Assembly: GCF_001457595.1 (NCBI RefSeq)
Contig: NZ_LN831039.1
Coordinates: 540,001-572,000 of the forward strand
Source: Mycolicibacterium smegmatis
GTDB taxonomy: Bacteria > Actinomycetota > Actinomycetes > Mycobacteriales > Mycobacteriaceae
Length of the DNA stretch: 32,000 bases
Direction: 5' to 3'
This document shows, piece after piece, positions 25,267 to 32,000 of the stretch (position 1 is the first letter of the stretch; every line of letters starts with the position of its first letter). The position numbers were made by a program, and so were the translations under genes. Below the pieces are notes generated by a model. The model saw only the letters and a program-made list of their open reading frames with translations, was not told the origin of the DNA and did not search any database.

Positions 25267-26052
25267 TCACCCGTCGCTGACGTCGACGACGTGCACCTGG
25301 ACACCGGCTGCGGTGATGCGGTCGAGTTCAGCGCGGTCTGCGGTCGAATCGGTCACCAGATGGTCGATCTGGTCGAGCGGCACCATCTTCGCGAGTGTCA
25401 CCTTGCCGATCTTCGAACCGTCGACAGCCACCACCACGCGCTGCGCGTTGGACGCCATGGCAATCGCTGTGCGTGCCTCACCCTCGTCGAAAGTCGTCGC
25501 CCCGATGCCGGCGGACATCCCGTCGGCGCCGAGCACCGCGGTCCCGACCGTGATCACCTGGAATGCATGCTCGGACATCGGGCCCACGGCCTCAAGGGAT
25601 TTCGAGCGCACCACACCGCCGGTCATGATCACCTTCATGTGCGCGTCCACGGCGCAGTCGGCTGCAATCGTCAGCGAGTTCGTGACGATGGTGATCTGCG
25701 GTCTGCCACGCAGCGCGCGCGCCACCTCGCCGGTGGTGATGCCGCCGGTGAGCGCGACGGCCTGCTGACCCGGAGGCACCAGTGCGGCCGCATGCTGGGC
25801 GATGCGTCGTTTGATGGCGACCATCCGGTGGTCGCGCAGCCGCACGGGGATCTCGCTGTCGCTCGGATCGACCGCTCGCGCGCCGCCGTGGGTGCGCACC
25901 AGCAGGCCCTGCTCCTCGAGCTCGCTGAGATCGCGGCGGAGCGTGGCCGCCGAGATCTTCAACTCCGTACACAGCACCTGAGAGGTCACCTCGCCGCGTT
26001 CGCGGAGCAGGGAAAGCACCTCGCGCATGCGGTCGGTGCGCTTGATCGACAT
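25267..26052 (-). CDS. DeoR/GlpR-family transcriptional regulator (second)
   Basis: Start MSIKRTDRMREVLSLLRERGEVTSQVLCTELKISAATLRRDLSELEEQGLLVRTHGGARAVD at 26052; GITTGEVARALRGRPQITIVTNSLTIA. Confidence 0.94.
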   Translation of the reverse strand: MSIKRTDRMREVLSLLRERGEVTSQVLCTELKISAATLRRDLSELEEQGLLVRTHGGARAVDPSDSEIPVRLRDHRMVAIKRRIAQHAAALVPPGQQAVALTGGITTGEVARALRGRPQITIVTNSLTIAADCAVDAHMKVIMTGGVVRSKSLEAVGPMSEHAFQVITVGTAVLGADGMSAGIGATTFDEGEARTAIAMASNAQRVVVAVDGSKIGKVTLAKMVPLDQIDHLVTDSTADRAELDRITAAGVQVHVVDVSDG

Positions 26053-26190
26053 CGCTGACAACTCCTCGGTGTTCTTTGCGGCGCCCGTCAAACAATCAGT
26101 TTTACTGATCGCTTCACGGCTTTGTATTGCGCGCTTTGAGCGAGCTTCTCATGATCTACGCATGTTGTTCACCTTCTGGGCCGAGAAGCC

Positions 26191-27513
26191 ATGACGCCAC
26201 ACTGGATTCGCGAAACGATCGCGCAGCACAAGACCGGCGATCCGGTCGGCGTGTACTCGGTCTGCTCGGCGCATCCCACCGTGGTGACCGCAGCCGTCAT
26301 GCAGGCCGCCGCGGACAACAGTTTCGTGCTCGTCGAGGCGACGTCGAACCAGGTCGACCAGTTCGGCGGCTATACCGGCATGCGGCCCGCCGACTTCCGC
26401 GACCTGGTGCACGGCATCGCCGACGAGCAGGGATTCGACCGCGACCGTGTGGTCCTCGGCGGTGACCATCTGGGCCCCAACCGTTGGCAGGACCAGCCGG
26501 CAGCGGTGGCTATGACCAACGCCGACGCGCTCATCGCGGCCTACGTCGAAGCCGGCTACCGCAAGATCCACCTCGATTGCAGCATGCGGTGCGCCGACGA
26601 TCCGGAGGTCCTGTCCGACGAGGTTGTGGCCGATCGCTCGGCACGGCTGTTGCGGGTGGCCGAACAGACCGCGAACCGCCTGGGCATCGAGCCCCCGGTC
26701 TACGTCATCGGCACCGAGGTACCGGTCCCCGGCGGCGCCCACGAGACGCTGACACGGCTCACGCCGACCCCGGCCGAGCACGCACGTCGAACCATCGAGG
26801 CGCATCAGGCGGCTTTCGCCGCAGCCGGGTTCGAATACGTGTGGCCGCGGATCGCCGCGCTCGTGGTGCAGCCAGGGGTGGAGTTCGACCACGTCAACGT
26901 CATCGACTACGAGCGCACCGCGACCGCGCAGCTGCGGCGGGTCCTCGACACCGAGGACCACATGGTGTTCGAGGCGCATTCGACGGATTACCAGAAACCG
27001 GACCAACTGCGTGAGCTGGTGGAGGACCATTGGGCCATCCTCAAAGTCGGCCCCGGTCTCACCTTCGCGATGCGCGAGGCGCTGTTCGCGCTCAGTCACA
27101 TCGAGGCCGAACTCGTCGACCCGGCATCTCGCGCGAACCTCATCGACGTCGTCGAACGGCGCATGCTCGCCGAGCCGCGGTACTGGCAGAGCTACTACGA
27201 GGGCGATCCGGTCACGCAGCGGACCGCGCGCCGGTACAGCTACAGCGACCGGTTGCGCTATTACTGGGCCGACGCCGAGGTGGACGCCGCGCGGCGAACA
27301 CTGCTGGCCAATCTCGACCGCACCGGGATCCCCGCACCGCTCATCAGCCAGTTCCTGCCCACGCAGTACGAACGTTTCCGCGCAGGCGAACTCGATCCCG
27401 ATCCCCGATCCTTGGTGATCGATCGAATACGCGATGCGCTTCGGCCCTATGCCGCGGCATGCCGCACCACCGACCACCACGCCACCGCTCTGACCACTGG
27501 AGTTGCCCGATGA
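26191..27513 (+). CDS. D-tagatose-bisphosphate aldolase non-catalytic subunit / AgaZ-GatZ-KbaZ family protein
   Basis: 440 aa: VGVYSVCSAHPTVVTAAVMQAAADNSFVLVEATSNQVDQFGGYTGMRPADF, VVLGGDHLGPNRWQ, KIHLDCSMRC, TYVIGTEVPVPGGA-type, EAHSTDYQKPDQLRELVEDHWAILKVGPGLTFAMREALFALSHIE, YYWAD. Confidence 0.94.
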   Translation: MTPHWIRETIAQHKTGDPVGVYSVCSAHPTVVTAAVMQAAADNSFVLVEATSNQVDQFGGYTGMRPADFRDLVHGIADEQGFDRDRVVLGGDHLGPNRWQDQPAAVAMTNADALIAAYVEAGYRKIHLDCSMRCADDPEVLSDEVVADRSARLLRVAEQTANRLGIEPPVYVIGTEVPVPGGAHETLTRLTPTPAEHARRTIEAHQAAFAAAGFEYVWPRIAALVVQPGVEFDHVNVIDYERTATAQLRRVLDTEDHMVFEAHSTDYQKPDQLRELVEDHWAILKVGPGLTFAMREALFALSHIEAELVDPASRANLIDVVERRMLAEPRYWQSYYEGDPVTQRTARRYSYSDRLRYYWADAEVDAARRTLLANLDRTGIPAPLISQFLPTQYERFRAGELDPDPRSLVIDRIRDALRPYAAACRTTDHHATALTTGVAR

Positions 27514-28652
27514 CCAGCCCGCAGGCCCACCACGCGGAGATCCCCGCCCAATCCGCCGGTGGCGCGACCATTCTCGAGATCGGGCAACAACCCGATGTGT
27601 GGCGTGAGATCGCCGGGCGTTCGGACGCCGAGACCAGCGAGTTCCTGCGACCGATCGTCGAACGCCCCGATCTGCGCGTCATCCTCACCGGCGCAGGCAG
27701 TTCGGCTTTCATCGGGGAGATCGTCGCGGCGTCCCTGCGTCGCAATCTCAAGCGCCGGGTCGAGGCCATCGCGACCACCGACATCGTCGCGGTCCCGCTG
27801 GATCACCTCGAACGCGATACGCCTACCCTGCTCGTGTCGTTCGGCCGGTCCGGGAACAGTCCGGAAAGTGTCGCGACGACAGAGCTTGCCGACGAACTCG
27901 TCACCGACGTCTGGCATCTGATCTTCACGTGCGATCCGGCGGGAACGCTGGCACGTACCCATGAGGGGCGTGCCAACTCCCGGGTGGTCCACATGCCCGC
28001 ACGCACCAACGACACGGGGTTCGCCATGACGTCGAGCCTGACGTCGATGTTGTTGTCCTGCTTGCTGACTCTGGGCGGGGTGCGCCCTGAGAGTGCCGAG
28101 GCGCTGGCTGCCGCGGCCGAGCACGTCTCCGGTCTGTCGTCGGACATCCGCGACCTCGCGCGGGCCAAGAAGCAACGGTTCGTCTACCTGGGCAGTGGAC
28201 CCCTGACCGGGCTGGCCCGTGAATCGGCGCTAAAGCTCCTCGAGCTCACCGCGGGCGAGGTGGTCACCTACTTCGACTCGTCGCTGGGCTTCCGGCACGG
28301 ACCCAAATCGGTTCTCGACTCCGACACCCTGGCCATCGTGTACGTGTCCACCGACCCCTACACGCGCCGGTACGACCTCGACATCATCGCCGAACTCCGC
28401 GAGCAGCTCGGTCAGGAGGCGGTGAAAGCGATCAGCGCCGAGCCCATTCCGGATGCTCTCGGCCCGGCGCTGGTGCTGCCCGGGCTCGGCGGACTCGACG
28501 ATGCGCAGGTGGCCCTGCCGTATCTGGTGTTCGCCCAGTATCTCGCCCTGTTCTCGTCTCTGGAGTACGGCAAGACCCCGGACAATCCGTTCCCGTCGGG
28601 GGAAGTCAGCCGCGTCGTCAAAGGCGTGACGATCCATCCGATGGAGCGGTGA
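27510..28652 (+). CDS. agaS: SIS-domain sugar isomerase/deaminase, AgaS-like
   Basis: Start ATG 27510 (MTSPQAHHAEIPAQSAGGATILEIGQQPDVWREIAG) inside ORF 27030..28652; VILTGAGSSAFIGEIVA, LLVSFGRSGNSPESVA, VYLGSGPLTGLARESALKLLELTAGEVVTYFDSSLGFRHGPKSVLDSDTLAIVYVS. Confidence 0.92.
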   Translation: MTSPQAHHAEIPAQSAGGATILEIGQQPDVWREIAGRSDAETSEFLRPIVERPDLRVILTGAGSSAFIGEIVAASLRRNLKRRVEAIATTDIVAVPLDHLERDTPTLLVSFGRSGNSPESVATTELADELVTDVWHLIFTCDPAGTLARTHEGRANSRVVHMPARTNDTGFAMTSSLTSMLLSCLLTLGGVRPESAEALAAAAEHVSGLSSDIRDLARAKKQRFVYLGSGPLTGLARESALKLLELTAGEVVTYFDSSLGFRHGPKSVLDSDTLAIVYVSTDPYTRRYDLDIIAELREQLGQEAVKAISAEPIPDALGPALVLPGLGGLDDAQVALPYLVFAQYLALFSSLEYGKTPDNPFPSGEVSRVVKGVTIHPMER

Positions 28653-29629
28653 CCGACATGTCGCGCTATCTCGGGGTGGACGGCGGCGGATCGAAGACCG
28701 CCTTCGCCCTCATCGACGATCGGGGACGCATCCTGGCGCGCGCCACCGCACCGACGTCGTATTACTTCAACGACGGCTTCGACGTCGTGGAACGTGTTCT
28801 GGCGCAGGGTGTTTCCGAGGTCTGCGCACAAGCCGGGTGCACCTCCGCCGACATCGACGCCGCGTTCTTCGGAATACCCGGCTACGGTGAGGCCAGCGCC
28901 GACATCGCCCGCCTGGACGCGGTGCCCGCACGAGTGCTGGGGCATGACCGCTACCGCTGCGACAACGACATGGTGTGCGGCTGGGCCGGCTCCTTGGCCT
29001 GCGCTGACGGCATCAATGTCATCAGCGGCACCGGGTCCATGACCTACGGCGAACGTCAGGGTGTCGGACACCGCGTAGGTGGCTGGGGTGAGCTGTTCGG
29101 TGACGAAGGCTCCGCGTACTGGGTTGCCACACAGGGACTCAACGCGTTCACCCGGATGAGCGACGGCAGGCTCCCGCGCGGCCCACTGCATGCGATGCTC
29201 AAAGAGCGCCTGGAACTGACAGGCGACCTCGACGTCGTCAGCCTCGTCATCGAGAAGTGGTCGGGCAACCGCAGCAAGATCGCGGCACTGGCGACGACCG
29301 TGTGCGACGCCGCGCGCGACGGGGACGAGGCCGCCGCCCAGATCCTCTCCGCAGCGGTCGACGAACTCGTCGAGTTGGTCGACACCACCGCCAGGCTGGT
29401 CGGTTTCACCGAACACGAGACCGTACCCGTGTCGTACTCCGGAGGCATGTTCTCCGGAGCGGAATTCCTGCAGATGTTCACCACCGCACTCGAAAAGCGC
29501 CTCACCAAGTACGACCTGAAACGCCCCCTGCTCGATCCTGCACTCGGTGCCGCTCTCTACGCGGCAAAACACATCGGCCATCCCCTCGACGCCGACGCGC
29601 TGCACCAACTCGCCACATCCACACACTGA
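28649..29629 (+). CDS. BadF/BadG/BcrA/D ATPase family protein, probable N-acetylglucosamine kinase-like sugar kinase
   Basis: 326 aa: RYLGVDGGGSKTAFALIDDRGRILARATAPTSYYF...CGWAGSLACADGINVISGTGSMTYGERQGVGHRVGGWGELFGDEGSAYWVATQGL. GTG start overlaps the AgaS stop by 4 bp; alternative ATG at 28658. Confidence 0.9.
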   Translation: MTDMSRYLGVDGGGSKTAFALIDDRGRILARATAPTSYYFNDGFDVVERVLAQGVSEVCAQAGCTSADIDAAFFGIPGYGEASADIARLDAVPARVLGHDRYRCDNDMVCGWAGSLACADGINVISGTGSMTYGERQGVGHRVGGWGELFGDEGSAYWVATQGLNAFTRMSDGRLPRGPLHAMLKERLELTGDLDVVSLVIEKWSGNRSKIAALATTVCDAARDGDEAAAQILSAAVDELVELVDTTARLVGFTEHETVPVSYSGGMFSGAEFLQMFTTALEKRLTKYDLKRPLLDPALGAALYAAKHIGHPLDADALHQLATSTH

Positions 29630-29650
29630 TTCGACCGAATCGAGCCCACC

Positions 29651-30616
29651 ATGACCATGTCACAGTCGAATTCACCCAAGGCTTCCGCCCGTCACCCACG
29701 CAGCTGGATCTTCTACGCGACGCTGTTGGTCATCTTCTGGGGTGTCTGGGGCGCGTTCTCGGCCCTGCCCGCCACCTGGTACGGCTACCCCGACGAGATG
29801 ATCTACTGCATCTGGGCGCTCACCATGATCATCCCCGCGGTGTTCGCGCTTCGCGGTGAGCGGTTCGACCGTCGCCCGAAGGCCGCCGTCTACGGCCTGC
29901 TGATCGGACTCACCGGTGCGGGCGGTCAGCTGCTGCTGTTCCAGGCGCTCACCATGGGCCCGGCCTACCTGATCTTCCCGATCGTCTCGATCTCGCCGGC
30001 GATCACCGTGCTGATGGCGATGGTGCTTCTGCGCGAACGCATCAGCGGACTGGCCGCTGTCGGCCTGATCGCCGCACTGGCCGCGATTGTGCTGTTCAGC
30101 ATCACCGGCGGCGAATCGGACGTCTCCTCGGGCCCATGGCTGCCGCTGGCCGTCCTGATCTGCGTCGCGTGGGGTGTGCAGGCGTACTTCATGCGCAAGA
30201 CCGCGACCATCGGCGTCAACGAGGCCACCACCTTCGGCTGGATGGCGATCACCGCCATCGCGCTCATCCCCGTCGCGGTCATCTCGATGGGCGGCATCCC
30301 CACCGGATTCCCTTGGCAGGCACCGGTTCTCACCGCAGGCACCCAGGTGCTCAACGCGGTCGGCGCGTTGTTCCTGGTCATGGCACTCAGCCGCGGCAAG
30401 GCCACCATCGTGGCGCCCACCACCAATGCGCTCGCACCCGCGCTGACCATCGTCGTGTCCCTCATCGCCTACCAGACGCTGCCGACCCCGTACGGTGCGG
30501 TGGGCATCGTGCTGGCGCTGCTGGGCTCCACGCTGATGGTCTACAGCGACGAGAAGCGGGGTGAGGCACCGACCGCCGCGGTCACCGCACCAGAGGCCAC
30601 GAGGAGCCGCGCGTGA
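29651..30616 (+). CDS. EamA/DMT-family transporter
   Basis: 321 aa multi-pass protein: LLVIFWGVWGAFSALPATWYGYPDEMIYCIWALTMIIPAVFAL...GPAYLIFPIVSISPAITVLMAMVLLRERISGLAAVGLIAALAAIVLFS, with C-terminal repeat ALTIVVSLIAYQTLPTPYGAVGIVLALLGSTLMVYSDEKRG. Confidence 0.88.
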   Translation: MTMSQSNSPKASARHPRSWIFYATLLVIFWGVWGAFSALPATWYGYPDEMIYCIWALTMIIPAVFALRGERFDRRPKAAVYGLLIGLTGAGGQLLLFQALTMGPAYLIFPIVSISPAITVLMAMVLLRERISGLAAVGLIAALAAIVLFSITGGESDVSSGPWLPLAVLICVAWGVQAYFMRKTATIGVNEATTFGWMAITAIALIPVAVISMGGIPTGFPWQAPVLTAGTQVLNAVGALFLVMALSRGKATIVAPTTNALAPALTIVVSLIAYQTLPTPYGAVGIVLALLGSTLMVYSDEKRGEAPTAAVTAPEATRSRA

Positions 30617-31926
30617 AACCCACCGTTGCGATCATCGGCGCGGGTAGCGTCGAGTTCACCCGGGAACTGCTCGGCGACATCCTGTCGTTCCCCGAGCTCG
30701 CCACCACACGGATCGTGTTGCACGACATCAACACCGAGCGTCTCGAGACAGCGGAAGCCATCGCACGGGCCACCGCCCGCGCGGCGGACGCCGACCCCGA
30801 GATCAGCGCGACCACCGACCGCCGCCGCGCACTCGACGGCGCCGATTACGTCATCAACGTCATCCAGGTCGGTATGCACGAGGCCACCGTGCGGGACTTC
30901 GAGATCCCCGCCCGATACGGCCTGAACCAGACCATCGGTGACACCATCGGCATCGGCGGAATCTTCCGCGGCCTGCGGACCTTCCCGGTGCTGGCCGGCA
31001 TCGCCAGGGACATGCAGGAGGTGTGCCCCGATGCCTGGCTGCTTAACTACACCAACCCGATGGCCATGAACGTCACGTACCTGCACCACATCGCACCGCG
31101 GCTGAAGGTGCTCGGCCTGTGCCACTCGGTGTACTGGACCATGGTCGGCCTGTGTGAACTGATCGACGTTCCCTACGAGGAGGTCTCGTACTGGTCCGCC
31201 GGCGTCAACCACCAGGCCTGGGTCCTGCGATGGGAACGCAACGGCCAGAACCTTTATCCGGAACTCGACCGGCGTATCGCGGCCGACGCAGAGTTGCAGC
31301 GCCGGGTACGTGTCGACATGTACCGGCGTCTCGGTTACTACCCGACGGAGACCAGCGAACACTCCAGTGAGTACGTGCCGTGGTACGTACACCACCGGCA
31401 GGAAATCGACCGGCTGCGCATCAACGTCGGCGAGTACGTGTCGATCAGCAAGGCCAACCTCGCCGAATACGCCAGGATCCGGGAGGAACTGGCCGATGCC
31501 GACTCGCTGCCCATCGACACCGGCTCCACCGAGTACGCCCCGCAGGTGATCCACTCGCTGGAAACCGGTACCACCAGGGTCATCTCGGCCAACGTCGCCA
31601 ACCAGGGGCTCATCACCAACCTTCCCGACGGCCTGGCGGTCGAGGTTCCGACGACACTCGATGCGCTCGGCGCGCATCCCATGCGGGTGGGGGATCTGCC
31701 GCCCCAATGCGCCGCGCTCAACCGCAACTTCCTCGGTCCCGTCGATCTGACCGTCCGCGCGGCGATCGACGGTGATCCTCGGCTGGTCCGTGCCGCGGCC
31801 ATGGTCGACCCCAACACCGCGGCCACGCTGACCGTCGACCAGATCTGGGACCTGTGCGACGAATTGACCTCCGCGCACGGGGATCTGCTGCCCGAACCGC
31901 TGCGATCCGCCGTCTGTAACCCCTGA
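30613..31926 (+). CDS. Glycoside hydrolase family 4, alpha-galactosidase (MelA-like) type
   Basis: 437 aa: KPTVAIIGAGSVEFTRELLGDILSFPEL, YVINVIQVGMHEATVRDFEIPARYGLNQTIGDTIGIGGIFRGLRTFPVLAGIARDM, WLLNYTNPMAMNVTY, GLCHSVYWT (CHSV motif), AGVNHQAWVLRW; ATGA-type overlap with the EamA stop. Confidence 0.93.
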   Translation: MKPTVAIIGAGSVEFTRELLGDILSFPELATTRIVLHDINTERLETAEAIARATARAADADPEISATTDRRRALDGADYVINVIQVGMHEATVRDFEIPARYGLNQTIGDTIGIGGIFRGLRTFPVLAGIARDMQEVCPDAWLLNYTNPMAMNVTYLHHIAPRLKVLGLCHSVYWTMVGLCELIDVPYEEVSYWSAGVNHQAWVLRWERNGQNLYPELDRRIAADAELQRRVRVDMYRRLGYYPTETSEHSSEYVPWYVHHRQEIDRLRINVGEYVSISKANLAEYARIREELADADSLPIDTGSTEYAPQVIHSLETGTTRVISANVANQGLITNLPDGLAVEVPTTLDALGAHPMRVGDLPPQCAALNRNFLGPVDLTVRAAIDGDPRLVRAAAMVDPNTAATLTVDQIWDLCDELTSAHGDLLPEPLRSAVCNP

Positions 31927-31968
31927 CAACGACCCCTCATGAATCCCGCCGAAAAAGGAGTGCCTACC

Positions 31969-32000
31969 GTGATACGACGCTGGTTGTGCCTGGCCGTGGT
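31969..32000 (+). CDS. 5' end of a gene with an N-terminal signal-like sequence (MIRRWLCLAVV...), truncated; possibly a further substrate-binding protein
   Basis: GTG at 31969 preceded by AAAAAGGAG (31952-31960); an in-frame ATG at 31939 is an alternative. Too short to assign a product. Confidence 0.5.
   Translation, partial: MIRRWLCLAV

Noticed and set aside
27030-27509. N-terminal extension of the AgaS-like ORF
   Set aside because: Out-of-frame overlap with the AgaZ-like gene. Natural ATGA coupling gives the start at 27510.
1-32000. Mobile element, prophage, CRISPR, toxin-antitoxin or defence system
   Set aside because: No transposase, integrase, repeat-spacer array, small toxin-antitoxin pair, nuclease or helicase genes were recognised. 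Every sizeable region is occupied by metabolic, transport or regulatory genes.

Overview
High-GC actinobacterial chromosome. The gene set and protein style look like a fast-growing Mycolicibacterium such as M. smegmatis; this is recognition only, no search was run. There is no sign of phage, IS elements, CRISPR or rRNA/tRNA. The window holds four modules. (1) ~1-8400: a minus-strand operon (NitT/TauT-type ABC ATPase, permease and lipoprotein, then an amidase-signature enzyme and a truncated acetamidase/formamidase). It faces a plus-strand CoA-transferase/enoyl-CoA hydratase pair, with a LacI-family gene convergent to that pair and paired LacI-like operators in the divergent intergenic region. 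(2) ~9113-9800: a 366-bp tandem duplication holding two unlisted 55-codon genes for near-identical secreted, His/Trp/Gln-containing mini-proteins, each with its own leader and strong 3' hairpin. (3) 9800-16876: a B12-dependent diol/glycerol dehydratase with large and medium subunits fused, plus small subunit and reactivase. It is divergent from an APC-family permease and a PucR-type regulator, and two CAACA-N3-TGTTG palindromes lie between the divergent genes. (4) 16886-32000: a non-PTS (amino)sugar catabolic region with nagB, two GH4 glycosidases, two DeoR-type regulators, a PfkB kinase, a complete carbohydrate ABC transporter, GatZ/AgaZ, AgaS, a BadF/BcrAD-type kinase, an EamA transporter and the start of another probable exported protein. 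The best candidates for something undescribed are the twin mini-protein cassette and the dehydratase/APC/PucR module with its palindromes.
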